DNA of 64,000 bases from Acidovorax sp. (GTDB taxonomy: Bacteria > Pseudomonadota > Gammaproteobacteria > Burkholderiales > Burkholderiaceae_C), in the NCBI RefSeq assembly GCF_034519795.1, contig NZ_JAXHOB010000022.1:8650-72649 (forward strand), read 5' to 3'. Position numbers and translations under genes: made by a program. Positions 32,536-42,495 of this stretch are shown piece after piece. Position 1 is the first letter of the stretch. Every line of letters begins with the position of its first letter. Under the pieces are notes generated by a model, which searched no databases, was not told the DNA's origin, and was given only the letters and a program-made list of their open reading frames with translations.

Positions 32536-32985
32536 TCAGCCGCCGCGCTCTTCTTCGGGCCAGTCGCGGATGTAGGCCTTGAGCATCTTGTTCTCGAAGT
32601 TCTGGCTGTCCACCACGGCCTTGGCCACGTCGTAGAAGCTGATCACGCCCATGAGCATGCGCTTGTCCATCACCGGCATGTAGCGGGCATGGCGGTCCAG
32701 CATCATGCGGCGCACCTCGTCCATGTCGGTTTCGAGGGTGCAGGTCAGCGGGTGGTCGTCCATGGCCGAGCGCACCTGCAGCGTGCCCACGCTGCCGCCG
32801 TTCTTGACGATGGCCTGGATCACTTCGCGGAAGGTGAGCATGCCCACCAGGTCACCGAGCTCCATCACCACCAGGGAGCCGATGTCGCGGTCGGCCATGA
32901 TGTCCACGGCATTGGCCAGCGGTTCGTCGGGGGTGACGGTGTAAAGGGTGTTGCCTTTGACGCGAAGGATATCGCTGACTTTCAT
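32536..32985 (-). CDS. CBS-domain protein
   Basis: [39 protein letters not shown]; RBS GGAG. Confidence 0.9.
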   Translation of the reverse strand: MKVSDILRVKGNTLYTVTPDEPLANAVDIMADRDIGSLVVMELGDLVGMLTFREVIQAIVKNGGSVGTLQVRSAMDDHPLTCTLETDMDEVRRMMLDRHARYMPVMDKRMLMGVISFYDVAKAVVDSQNFENKMLKAYIRDWPEEERGG

Positions 32986-33083
32986 GATCGGTCTCCAATG
33001 GGGCTCGGTAGGGCGCGGCAGGCCTGTTCGCATGAAATATAGCCCACAATGCCCGCCAGCACCGACAACATGGGAGACATTGG

Positions 33084-34391
33084 ATGCCCGGTTACTCCGA
33101 CCCCGGCTTTGACACGCTTGCGCTGCATGCCGGAGCCACACCCGACCCCGCCACCGGCGCACGCGCCGTGCCGATCCACCTGACCACCTCGTTCGTCTTC
33201 GAATCGAGCGACCACGCCGCCTCGCTGTTCAACCTGGAGCGGCCCGGCCATGTCTACAGCCGCATCAGCAACCCCACCAATGCGGTGCTGGAGCAGCGCG
33301 TGTCGGCCCTGGAAGGCGGCGTGGGCGCCATCGCCACCGCCAGCGGCCAGGCCGCGCTGCACCTGGCCATCTGCACCTTGATGGGCGCGGGCAGCCACAT
33401 CGTGGCCAGCACGGCGCTGTATGGCGGCTCGCAGAACCTGCTGCACTACACGCTGTCGCGCTTCGGCATCGCAACCACCTTCGTCAAGCCCGGCGACATC
33501 GACGGCTGGCGCGCCGCCGTGCGGCCCGATACCAAGCTGTTCTTCGGCGAGACGGTGGGCAACCCGGGCCTGGACGTGCTGGACATTCCGACCATCAGCG
33601 CCATTGCGCACGAGGCGGGTGTGCCGCTGCTGGTCGACTCCACCCTGACCTCGCCCTGGCTCATGAAGCCGCTGGAGCTCGGCGCCGACCTGGTCTACCA
33701 CTCGGCCACCAAGTTCCTCTCGGGCCACGGCACGGTGGTGGGCGGCATCGTGGTCGACGGCGGCAGCTTCGACTGGGACGGCCCGCGCTCGGCGGGCAAG
33801 TTCGCCGAGCTGACTGAGCCGTACGAGGGTTTCCACAACATGGTGTTCAGCGAGGAAAGCTCGGTGGGCGCCTTCCTGCTGCGCGCACGCCGCGAAGGCC
33901 TGCGCGACTTCGGCGCCTGCATGAGCCCGCACACCGCCTGGCTGATCCTGCAGGGCATCGAGACGCTGCCCCTGCGCATGGAGCGGCACATGCGCAACAC
34001 GGCGCGCGTGGTCGAATTCCTGGCCAGCCAGCCCTTCGTCTCGCGCGTCGGCCACCCCATGCTCGAGTCGCACACCAGCCATGCCTTGGCGCAGAAGCTG
34101 CTGCCGCGCGGCGCGGGCTCGGTGTTCAGCTTCGACCTCAAGGGCAACCGCGAGCAGGGCAAGAAGTTCATCGAGGCGCTCAAGGTCTTCAGCCACCTGG
34201 CCAATGTGGGCGACTGCCGCAGCCTGGTGATCCACCCGGCCAGCACCACGCATTTCCGCATGAGCGACGAGGCGCTGGTGAATGCCGGCATCACGCAGGG
34301 CACGATCCGCCTGTCCATCGGGCTGGAAGACGCCGACGACCTGATCGACGACCTCAAGCGCGCCCTCAAGGCCGCGGAGAAGGCGGCCTGA
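33084..34391 (+). CDS. metY: O-acetylhomoserine aminocarboxypropyltransferase (sulfhydrylase)
   Basis: TGARAVPI, YSRISNPT, SGQAA, PLP-Lys motif HSATKFLSGHG, HLANVGD..SLVIHPASTTH. Confidence 0.88.
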   Translation: MPGYSDPGFDTLALHAGATPDPATGARAVPIHLTTSFVFESSDHAASLFNLERPGHVYSRISNPTNAVLEQRVSALEGGVGAIATASGQAALHLAICTLMGAGSHIVASTALYGGSQNLLHYTLSRFGIATTFVKPGDIDGWRAAVRPDTKLFFGETVGNPGLDVLDIPTISAIAHEAGVPLLVDSTLTSPWLMKPLELGADLVYHSATKFLSGHGTVVGGIVVDGGSFDWDGPRSAGKFAELTEPYEGFHNMVFSEESSVGAFLLRARREGLRDFGACMSPHTAWLILQGIETLPLRMERHMRNTARVVEFLASQPFVSRVGHPMLESHTSHALAQKLLPRGAGSVFSFDLKGNREQGKKFIEALKVFSHLANVGDCRSLVIHPASTTHFRMSDEALVNAGITQGTIRLSIGLEDADDLIDDLKRALKAAEKAA

Positions 34392-34399
34392 GCCCGGTG

Positions 34400-35887
34400 A
34401 TGGCAGGCAAGGCAGCCTCCATGGACTGGCAGGCCTTCGAGCAGACGCTGCTGGACGACGCGCTGGCGCTGGTGCTGCCCGCGCTGCAGGCGCACACCCT
34501 GCGCGGCGATGTCTATGCCGTGGCGCTGGCGGGCATGTACCGCGAGCTCGATGGCCCTATCTACCTGCCCACAGTGTCCATGGGCAGCGAGGCCGCATTG
34601 GCCGAGGCTGAACCGGAAGATGAGGGCGGCACGCTCCACTGTCTGCGCTGGAACCCCGCCGACTGGAACTGGCCCGAGATGTCCTCGGACAGCGCAGCCA
34701 TGGCCTCCGCCCAGGCCGCATTGGCGGCCGAGGCCCAGGGCGGCGACGTGGCGCAATGGCAGGCCACGGACCGCCGCTGCGTCGATGCGCTGGTGAGCGT
34801 GTGCCACCGGTTGCGTGCCGCCCTGCAAGCGTCGCCCGTGGCCGACCGGCTCACGAGCGGCTTTGCCGTGCTGCTGCACGAGGACAGCGACGAGGGCATT
34901 GCCATCGCCCAGCGCTGTATGGGTGAGGAGGCCTTTGCACGCCTGCTGCCCGGCCATGCGGCCGACCTGGCCGAGGCCCGGCGCGTCGCAGGGTTGCCCG
35001 ATGCCGAGCGTCTGCGCTACCACCTGGCCTGCCTGGCGCACCAGCCTGCTCCCGAGCTGGGACTGACGCGCGCGCAGGCCCAGCGCCATGGCGAAGCGGC
35101 GCAGGATGCCCTGCGGGACTTCGGGCCTGTTGCCATCCCGGCTTTGCTGTCACTGCTGGAGCACACGTCGACGCAATGCGAGGCCGCGCGCCTGCTGGGC
35201 GAGATCGGTGCGGCCACGCCCGAGGTGGTGGCCGCGTTGCGAGCGCAAGCACTGAAACCTGTGCCGCGCAGCAGCAACCGCCACCTGGCCCAGGCGGGGC
35301 GCAACTGGTGCGCCAGCGCGCTCGCCCATCTGGGCGACAGCGCCTGGCTGCTGCAGCAGGCCCAGGCCGGCACGCTCGGCGACGAGTGCGTGGCGCAGGG
35401 CCTGTCCTCGCCCTACGGCGCGTTCCGCAACCATGCGCTGGCCCCGCTGCCGCTCGACTACCGCCTGATCGAATCCCTGCCCGCCGTGCGGCCCGCGCTG
35501 CTGCCGCTGGTGGAAAAATGGCTGCGGCCCGGCAAGGGCACCTGCACGCTGCGTTTGCACGAGGTGGACGAGGCCCTGCGCGGCCTGCAATCGCCACTCA
35601 CCGTGGTGCGCCAGCACGCGGCCATGCTGCTGGGCGAGCGGGCCCTGGGCGCGCAGGCCGGCGGGCACATCGTGCCCGCGCTGGCCCATGCCGTGGCGTA
35701 TGACAGCGACGAGACGGTGCGCTACCTGGCCGTGCTGGCCCTGGACGACTGGCGCAGCGAGGCGGCCGCCGAGCGCCCGCTGGCCGAGGCCACGGCCGCC
35801 AGCGATGCCAGCACCAAGGTGCGCGATGCGGCCCAGCGCTGGCTTCAGGTGCTGGACGACATTGCCGCTGGCGTGCCGCCACGCTGA
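34400..35887 (+). CDS. DUF4303-like N-terminal domain + HEAT-like repeat protein
   Basis: VYAVAL...LRWNPADW motif; C-terminal repeats VRQHAAMLLGE, VRYLAVLAL, VRDAAQRWL; start may be 34397/34400/34421. Confidence 0.7.
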   Translation: MAGKAASMDWQAFEQTLLDDALALVLPALQAHTLRGDVYAVALAGMYRELDGPIYLPTVSMGSEAALAEAEPEDEGGTLHCLRWNPADWNWPEMSSDSAAMASAQAALAAEAQGGDVAQWQATDRRCVDALVSVCHRLRAALQASPVADRLTSGFAVLLHEDSDEGIAIAQRCMGEEAFARLLPGHAADLAEARRVAGLPDAERLRYHLACLAHQPAPELGLTRAQAQRHGEAAQDALRDFGPVAIPALLSLLEHTSTQCEAARLLGEIGAATPEVVAALRAQALKPVPRSSNRHLAQAGRNWCASALAHLGDSAWLLQQAQAGTLGDECVAQGLSSPYGAFRNHALAPLPLDYRLIESLPAVRPALLPLVEKWLRPGKGTCTLRLHEVDEALRGLQSPLTVVRQHAAMLLGERALGAQAGGHIVPALAHAVAYDSDETVRYLAVLALDDWRSEAAAERPLAEATAASDASTKVRDAAQRWLQVLDDIAAGVPPR

Positions 35888-35945
35888 GGTTTCTCGACAC
35901 CGCAAGAACGAAACAAAGACAAACGAACACAGAGGAACCATCCGT

Positions 35946-36758
35946 ATGCAGATCCAAGTCAACGGCCACACCACCTATTGCTACACCGGCGGCAAGGCCT
36001 TCAACCCCGCACTGCCCACCGTGGTCATGGTCCACGGCGTGCTCAACGACCACAGCGTGTGGGCCCTGCAAAGCCGCTACCTGGCCAACCATGGCTGGAA
36101 CGTGCTGGCCGTGGACCTGCCGGGCCACTGCCGCAGCGCGGGCGAAGCGCCAGCCAGCGTGGAGGCGGGGGCGGACTTCATTGCCGCGCTGCTCGATGCG
36201 GCCGGTGTGCAGCGCGCGGCGCTGGTGGGCCACAGCTTCGGCTCGCTGATCGCGCTGGAGGCTGCGGCCCGGCTGGGCGTGCGCGTGAGCCACCTGGTGC
36301 TGGTGGGCACGGCCTACCCGATGAAGGTCTCGCCCGCGCTGATCGACGCGGCGCTCAACGAGCCCGAGAAGGCGCTGCGCATGGTCAACGTGTTCTCGCG
36401 CAGCACGCTGGCGCCGCCTTCGGGTGCGGGCTTCTGGGTTTATAACGCGGGCATGGCGCTGGGCCGCAAGGTGCTGCGCAGCAACACTGCGGTCAATGTG
36501 TTCCACCGCGGCTTCGTGGCCTGCGACAGCTATGCCAATGGGGAACAGGCGATTGCCGCTGTGCGGTGCCCGGTGCTGTTCGCGTTGGGCGCGCAGGACC
36601 AGATGACCGCGCCCAAGGCGGCCCAGGGCCTGGTGGCGGCCGCGCGTGCCGCCGGCAAGCGGGTGCACACCACCAGCCTGCCCGTGGGCCACAACCAGAT
36701 GAGCGAGGCCCCGGACGGTACGTTGATGGCGATCCGCGACTTTATTTCCCTGTCCTGA
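35946..36758 (+). CDS. Alpha/beta-fold hydrolase
   Basis: VHG oxyanion, AVDLPGH, nucleophile GHSFG, GAQDQMT, GHNQM. Confidence 0.9.
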   Translation: MQIQVNGHTTYCYTGGKAFNPALPTVVMVHGVLNDHSVWALQSRYLANHGWNVLAVDLPGHCRSAGEAPASVEAGADFIAALLDAAGVQRAALVGHSFGSLIALEAAARLGVRVSHLVLVGTAYPMKVSPALIDAALNEPEKALRMVNVFSRSTLAPPSGAGFWVYNAGMALGRKVLRSNTAVNVFHRGFVACDSYANGEQAIAAVRCPVLFALGAQDQMTAPKAAQGLVAAARAAGKRVHTTSLPVGHNQMSEAPDGTLMAIRDFISLS

Positions 36759-36773
36759 GCCAAAGGCCCTCCC

Positions 36774-37763
36774 ATGACCCTGCGCACCGCCCTGTTCGAG
36801 CTGGCCCGCCAGCACACGCTGGACCGACCGGCCGCCACGCGCCTGCTCGGCCTCGCGGGGTTCGAACGCCCGCCTGCCGCCCTGCACACCACGCTGTGGC
36901 GCACCGTCGCGGTCATCGCGGCGGCGCTGGGTGGCCTGGGCCTGGTGATGTGGATCGCGGCCAACTGGGAGAGCCTGGGCCGCTTCATGCGCTTTGCGCT
37001 GCTGCAGGGCTTCGTGCTGGCCATGTGTGCGGGCGCCGCTTTCAGGGCCGGGGCGCGTGCACCACTGGCCATGCTGGCGCTGCTGGGCACGGGCGCGCTG
37101 TTCGCCTATTTCGGGCAAACCTACCAGACCGGGGCCGACCCCTGGCAGCTGTTTGCCGTGTGGGCCGTGCTCACGCTGCCCCTGGCGCTGGCCGTGCGCA
37201 GCGATGTGGTGTGGGTGCCCTGGAACCTGGTGGCCATGGTGGGCATCTCGCTGTGGGCGCAGGCGCACACAGGCCACAGCTGGCGCGTGTCGCCTGCGGA
37301 CATGACGGTGCACCTGGTCTCCCTGGGCGCCGCGCTGGCCGTGGCGGCGGCCATGCTGCCGCAGGCGCAGCGCTTCACCGGTGCGGGTGTGTGGGCGCTG
37401 CGCACGGCGGGCACGCTGGCGCTGATGATGGTGACACTCACGGCGCTGGGCGGCCTGTTCCACTCGCCCGTGGCAGGCCACTACGGCCTGGGCCTGGTGC
37501 TGCTGGCGGCGGCTGCGGCGCTGGTGGGCATGCGCACGCATTTCGACATCTTCCTGCTCAGCGGTGCGGCGCTCGGGCTCAACATCCTGCTGGTCACGGG
37601 GCTGGCGCGTGCCATGTTCTCGAACTCCCGCGTCGGTGATTTCGTGGGCTCGCTGCTGCTCATCGGCCTGGTCGCTGCGGGGTTGCTGGCGGCCACCGTG
37701 AATCTGGTGATGCGCCTGGCACGGCGCGCCGCATCGCAGCAGGGACAGGGAGACGCGGCATGA
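36774..37763 (+). CDS. DUF2157 membrane protein
   Basis: GLVMWIAANW, FAYFGQTYQTGADPWQLFAVWA; multiple TM helices. Confidence 0.85.
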   Translation: MTLRTALFELARQHTLDRPAATRLLGLAGFERPPAALHTTLWRTVAVIAAALGGLGLVMWIAANWESLGRFMRFALLQGFVLAMCAGAAFRAGARAPLAMLALLGTGALFAYFGQTYQTGADPWQLFAVWAVLTLPLALAVRSDVVWVPWNLVAMVGISLWAQAHTGHSWRVSPADMTVHLVSLGAALAVAAAMLPQAQRFTGAGVWALRTAGTLALMMVTLTALGGLFHSPVAGHYGLGLVLLAAAAALVGMRTHFDIFLLSGAALGLNILLVTGLARAMFSNSRVGDFVGSLLLIGLVAAGLLAATVNLVMRLARRAASQQGQGDAA

Positions 37764-39511
37764 GTGGCGCTCCCATCGATCCGGTGGACACCTCGGCAAG
37801 CGCTGCGGCACCTGTGAACTCTGCCCCGCCGAGTCCTCTGGATTCCATCGTGCAAGCCGCCGTGGCGCAAGGCATCCTGCCGCCCGGCGCTTCGGCGGCA
37901 GACGCACACCGTGCCGGCGGCACGGCGCGCCCCTGGCCCGTGGTGCTGCTCACGGCGCTGGGCGCCTGGCTGGCCGCGCTGCCGCTGCTGGCCATGTTCG
38001 GCCTGTTCTTCGGCGAATGGATCGCGCGGGACGCGGGTGCCTACGTCATCGGCGCCGTGGTGCTGGCCGGCGCCACGGCCGCCCTGCGCAGCAAGGACCT
38101 GCCGATCTTCCTGGAGCAACTGGCGTTTCCTGCGCTGCTCACCGGCGCGGGTCTGCTGGGCTTTGCCTTCGGGCGCGACATGGGCCTGCAGCCGGCTGCA
38201 GCCTTCATGCTCGTGGTGGCGCTGTCCGTGGCCGCGCTCGTGGACTTGCCCTGGCTGCGCGTGCTGTTGGGTGCGGGCGCGGCGGCGCTCTTCGCCGTGC
38301 TCATCTGGCCCGGCTCCGAGGGCCGCTGGGCCTTGTCGCCGCTGGTGCCCTGGGGCATGGTGCACGGCGTGCTCGCGGTGTGGGTGGGCCTGCTGCTGTG
38401 GCAGCGCCATGCGCTGGGCCGCGGTACGGCCGGCAACTGGCTGGCAGCGCTGCTGGAGCCCCTGGCCTGCGGCTGGCTGCTGGTGCTGCTGTGGGGCATC
38501 TGCGGCCTGTCGGGCCAGACCTTTCTGGTGGGCGGTGCGTTCGGTGCCGGCATCGGCGGTGAGCTGGTGCGCGAGGTCGGCCGGGAGGTCGGGCCGCGCG
38601 CCTTTGCGCTGCAATGGCTGGTGCAGGCGGCCAGCGTGCTGCTGGCGCTGGGTGCCGCCGCCATCGCGCAGCGCGCCTGGCCGGTGCTGCGCCAGCCCCG
38701 CGCTGCCGTGGTGGCGTTGGTGCTGGCCCTGCTGTGCTGGTTCTCGCCTTTGCTCGGCAGCGCACTGCTGGCCCTGGCCATCACCGGCACCAGCCGCCGC
38801 TGGGGCCAGGCCACTGCGGCCGCCTTGGCCGGCACCTGGATCATGGGTGGCTTCTACTACCTGCTGGCCTGGCCGCTGGCCACCAAGGCGATGGTGTTGG
38901 TCGGCTGCGGCGCGCTGCTGGGCTTGCTGGCCTGGAGTGCACTGCGCACGCCCCGCACCGCTGCTGCTGCGGGGCCTGGCCACGCGGCCCGCCACTGGGC
39001 CCACCGTGCCAGCCCCTGGCTGCTGGCGCTGAGCGCGGTGGCCACCGTGGCCGTGGCCAACATCGGCATCGCCGACAAGGAAAACACGATTGCCAACGGC
39101 CAGAAGGTCTACGTGCCCCTGGCCCCGGTGGACCCGCGCTCGCTGATGCAGGGCGACTACATGCGCCTGCGCTTCACCCTGCCGCCCATGGTGGGTATCG
39201 ACCGGCGCGAAGCCGGCGTGGAAGGCCTGCTGGGCAGCCGGCCCTATGCCGTGGGCCGGCTCGATGCACGCGGCGTGGTGGCCTGGGAGCGCGTGGAAAA
39301 GTACGATGCGCCCATCGCCCCCGGCGAGTTCCGCATCCAGCTCACGCCCAAGAACGGCGACTGGACGCTGGTGACCGATGGCTGGTACTTCGCCGAAGGC
39401 GACGCCAGCCGCTGGGAGCAGGCGCGCTTTGGCGAATTCCGTGTGCAGCCGGACGGCAAGGCCTTGCTGGTGGGCATGGCGGACGAGCAGCTCGTGCCCA
39501 TCGGCCGGTGA
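37760..39511 (+). CDS. DUF4401 membrane domain fused to GDYXXLXY domain
   Basis: Polytopic N-terminus, FYYLLAWPLATK, LAPVDPRSLMQGDYMRLRF, WYFAEG; ATGA overlap with DUF2157 gene. Confidence 0.85.
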   Translation: MSGAPIDPVDTSASAAAPVNSAPPSPLDSIVQAAVAQGILPPGASAADAHRAGGTARPWPVVLLTALGAWLAALPLLAMFGLFFGEWIARDAGAYVIGAVVLAGATAALRSKDLPIFLEQLAFPALLTGAGLLGFAFGRDMGLQPAAAFMLVVALSVAALVDLPWLRVLLGAGAAALFAVLIWPGSEGRWALSPLVPWGMVHGVLAVWVGLLLWQRHALGRGTAGNWLAALLEPLACGWLLVLLWGICGLSGQTFLVGGAFGAGIGGELVREVGREVGPRAFALQWLVQAASVLLALGAAAIAQRAWPVLRQPRAAVVALVLALLCWFSPLLGSALLALAITGTSRRWGQATAAALAGTWIMGGFYYLLAWPLATKAMVLVGCGALLGLLAWSALRTPRTAAAAGPGHAARHWAHRASPWLLALSAVATVAVANIGIADKENTIANGQKVYVPLAPVDPRSLMQGDYMRLRFTLPPMVGIDRREAGVEGLLGSRPYAVGRLDARGVVAWERVEKYDAPIAPGEFRIQLTPKNGDWTLVTDGWYFAEGDASRWEQARFGEFRVQPDGKALLVGMADEQLVPIGR

Positions 39512-39529
39512 TGCGGCCGCGCATACCGC

Positions 39530-40783
39530 TCACTCGACCGGGTGGGCGGTGCGCTGCCATGCGGGCCAGCGCAGCAGCGTGAACGCCCGCAGCAGCCACT
39601 CCGCCGGCCCGTAGGCGTGCAGCGCCATCCAGCGGCGGCTCTGCACAAGCTGGGCCGCGTACAACGCCAGGCAGCCCAGCAACACCGTCAGCGGCGACAC
39701 CCGCCCCACCAGCGCCAGGCCGTAGGCGGTGAACACCAGCGCCCCCACCAGGGACTGCAGCAGGTAGTTGGACAGCGCCATGCGGCCTGCGGGCTCCAGC
39801 CAGGCGCCCAGTCGGCGGCCTGCAGCGCCGCTCTGCAAGGCCCAGAGCAGTGCCGCGACATAGCTGAAGGTGAGGAAGGGCGCCGTGGCCAGGTCCAGCG
39901 CGAGCGCGGCGGCCGACACATGATCGGGTTGGCGGGTGGTGCTGTTCTGCGCTGTGGCATAGACCCAGGCACCCAGGCCGCCCACCGGCAGGCAGCACAG
40001 CACCCAGCGGCGCAGGCGTGCCGGCTGCAGCGCAATGGTGGCCAGGTAGCCCGAGCGATGGGCTGCCAACCCCAGCAGGAACATGGCCAGCGCACAGGGC
40101 CCCTGCACAAACACCAGCACGAACCAGACGCCATCGGCCATGTCACGCCCGCGCTGGGCAATGGCCGCGATCGCCCCGGAACGGTAGGCCTGTGCGGCCT
40201 GCTGTGCCTTGGCGTGGATCTCGGCCAGCGGCCAGTCCATCGGCGGTGCCAGCGACATCAGCCAGGCGAGCAGCCCCCAGCCCGCGGACACCAGCGCCAG
40301 CAGCGCCACGGCCATCACCGCCGCCGTGCCCGGTCGCAGTTGGCGCAGCGCCAGCAGCAACAAGCCCAGCAGCGCATAGGTCACCAGGATGTCGCCCGAA
40401 AACAGCAACCACGCATGCGCCACCCCCAGCAGCAGGAGCCCCGCCAGGCGCCGCAGCAAGCGCGGCACGAAGGCGCTGCCGGAGCGCTGGGCGGCATCCA
40501 TCTGCAGGGCAAAGCTGTAGCCGAACAGCAGCGAGAACAAGAGGTAGAACTTGGTCTCGAAGACCAGGCTGATGAACCAGCGCACGGCATGGTCCACGGG
40601 CCGCGAGAACGCGGGGTCGGCCACGCCCAGGCCAAAGTAGGTCGAGGCAAAGCTGCCCGCGTTGACGACCAGGATGCCCAGCAGCGCGAAACCGCGCAGG
40701 GCGTCGATGGCGTGCTCGCGCGGCGGAGTGCCTGTACCTGCGGCCTGGTGAGCGTGATCTGCGTTCGGTGGGGTCTGCGTCAT
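39530..40783 (-). CDS. DUF418 (YeiB-like) membrane protein
   Basis: IDALRGFALLGILVVN, KFYLLFSLLFG, GDILVTYA, GRMALSNYLLQS, GPAEWLLR. Confidence 0.88.
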   Translation of the reverse strand: MTQTPPNADHAHQAAGTGTPPREHAIDALRGFALLGILVVNAGSFASTYFGLGVADPAFSRPVDHAVRWFISLVFETKFYLLFSLLFGYSFALQMDAAQRSGSAFVPRLLRRLAGLLLLGVAHAWLLFSGDILVTYALLGLLLLALRQLRPGTAAVMAVALLALVSAGWGLLAWLMSLAPPMDWPLAEIHAKAQQAAQAYRSGAIAAIAQRGRDMADGVWFVLVFVQGPCALAMFLLGLAAHRSGYLATIALQPARLRRWVLCCLPVGGLGAWVYATAQNSTTRQPDHVSAAALALDLATAPFLTFSYVAALLWALQSGAAGRRLGAWLEPAGRMALSNYLLQSLVGALVFTAYGLALVGRVSPLTVLLGCLALYAAQLVQSRRWMALHAYGPAEWLLRAFTLLRWPAWQRTAHPVE

Positions 40784-40922
40784 GGCGAAAAGGGAGACCG
40801 TCGCGGTCGTGGTCGCGCGCCGGTACACGGCGCGGGGCGGGGAGGGCATGGCGGAGTGTCCAGGGGGTGTCCCATGCGGCACTCCCACCCTGGCGGCCAT
40901 GGGCGTATAAAGTGAAGCATAA

Positions 40923-41033
40923 GAGCGGATAACAAAACTCAGCGAAGCGGTTCTGGCTAGGCGCTGCGCCGCAGGCAGTACGTTAGTACGACAAGGCGCA
41001 GCAACGACGCCAGAAGAGTTTTGTTAGCCGCTC
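40923..41033. mobile_element. 111-bp MITE-like element with TAA target duplication
   Basis: TIRs GAGCGGATAACAAAACTC / GAGTTTTGTTAGCCGCTC (17/18), flanked by TAA at 40920-40922 and 41034-41036; internally palindromic, no coding capacity. Confidence 0.8.
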
Positions 41034-41059
41034 TAAGTATTACCCACGGAGACAAGACC

Positions 41060-41410
41060 ATGGACATCAGCGCCCCTGCTGCGGACAAGGCGACGGCCCC
41101 CACCGACCCGCGTGCCTTCAAGAGCTTCGCGGAGTTCTACCCTTTCTACCTGACCGAACACAGCAACCGCACCTGCCGGCGCCTGCATTTCGTGGGCTCG
41201 ACCCTGTCACTCCTGTGCCTGGCCTGGGCGGTAGCCACATGGCAGCCAGCCTTTCTGCTGGTCGGCCTGCTGTGTGGCTACGGCTTCGCGTGGGTCGGGC
41301 ATTTCGGCTTCGAGAAGAACAAGCCGGCCAGCTTCAAGCGCCCCCTGTACAGCTTCCTGGGGGACTGGGCGATGTACCGGGACATCTGGCTGGGCCGCGT
41401 GCCGTTCTGA
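41060..41410 (+). CDS. DUF962 / Mpo1-like membrane protein
   Basis: FYPFYLTEHSN..CRRLHFVG, YGFAWVGHFGFEKNKPASF..PLYS. Confidence 0.9.
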   Translation: MDISAPAADKATAPTDPRAFKSFAEFYPFYLTEHSNRTCRRLHFVGSTLSLLCLAWAVATWQPAFLLVGLLCGYGFAWVGHFGFEKNKPASFKRPLYSFLGDWAMYRDIWLGRVPF

Positions 41411-41468
41411 GAGGCCTGGCAGTCCCGGGTCACCTCGGCGGATGGGGCCTGGAGACCGCTTTCGGCCT

Positions 41469-42458
41469 TCAGTCCGCAGTGACCCCGGAGTCCTTGATGA
41501 TCTTGGCCCAACGGATCATTTCGCCCTCCACGTACTTCTTGTGCTCTGCGGGTTCCAGGCGCGCGTCGGTCACGATGCGCACACCCAGTGCCTCCTCGCG
41601 CTGGATGAGTTCGGGGTCCTTGAGCGCTGCGCGGATGGCGGCATTCAGCCTGGCCAGCACGGCCGGTGGCGTGCCCTTGGGGGCGTACACGCCATGCCAC
41701 ACCGACATCTCGAAGCCGGCGAGGCCTGCTTCGGCCAGCGTGGGCACCTGGGCAAGCGCGGGCAACGCCATGCGCTGCTTGCTGGTCACGCCAAAGACCT
41801 TGACTTTCTTCGCTTCGATCTGGGGCACGGCGTTGGTGGCCTGCTCGCACATCAGGTCCACCTGCCCGCCCATCAGGTCGGTCATGGCAGGTGCCGTGCC
41901 CTTGTGGGGCACGAAGACCATCTTCGATTGCAGGCCGGCCTGCAGCACCAGCCCGCACAGGTGGGATGCCGAGCCCACGCCGGCATTGGCGAGGTTGACC
42001 TTTCCGTCGTTGGCGCTGATCCATTTGCGGAGGTCGGCAAAGTTGTTGGCCGCCAGGCCGGGCTTTCCGATCAGGGTCGAAGGTGCTTCGTTGATGAGTC
42101 CGAGGTACTCGAAGTCTTCCAGCGTCTTGTAGGGCAGCTTCTTGTAGAGCGCGGGTGCCGTGGAGATGCCGATGTGGTGCACCAGCAGGGTGTAGCCATC
42201 CGGGGATGCGCGTGCGACGCGTGCCGCGCCGATGGTGCCTCCGGCACCCGCCGTGTTGTCGACGACCACGGTCTGGGCCAAAGGCTTGCGCAGGGCCTCT
42301 GCCAGATCACGGGCGATTTTGTCGCTGGGACCGCCAGCGGAAAAGGGGACGACCAGGGTAATTGGCTTGTCCGGAAACTCGGCCCACGCGGTTGTGCTGA
42401 TGCTGATCGCAACCAGTCCGATAGCTGCGGCTGCAGCCCCTTGCTTCAAAATGCCCAT
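41469..42458 (-). CDS. Bug/TctC substrate-binding protein
   Basis: PDKPITLVVPFSAGGPSD, NTAGAGGTIG, PHKGTAPAMTDLMGGQVD. Confidence 0.92.
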   Translation of the reverse strand: MGILKQGAAAAAIGLVAISISTTAWAEFPDKPITLVVPFSAGGPSDKIARDLAEALRKPLAQTVVVDNTAGAGGTIGAARVARASPDGYTLLVHHIGISTAPALYKKLPYKTLEDFEYLGLINEAPSTLIGKPGLAANNFADLRKWISANDGKVNLANAGVGSASHLCGLVLQAGLQSKMVFVPHKGTAPAMTDLMGGQVDLMCEQATNAVPQIEAKKVKVFGVTSKQRMALPALAQVPTLAEAGLAGFEMSVWHGVYAPKGTPPAVLARLNAAIRAALKDPELIQREEALGVRIVTDARLEPAEHKKYVEGEMIRWAKIIKDSGVTAD

Positions 42459-42495
42459 GGTTTGTCTCCTTCAGGTTCTGTTTTTGAGGGGGTGA

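Noticed and set aside
32986-33083. SAM or SAH riboswitch upstream of metY
   Set aside because: Short divergent intergenic region with no SAM-II, SAM-I or SAH consensus that I could recognise
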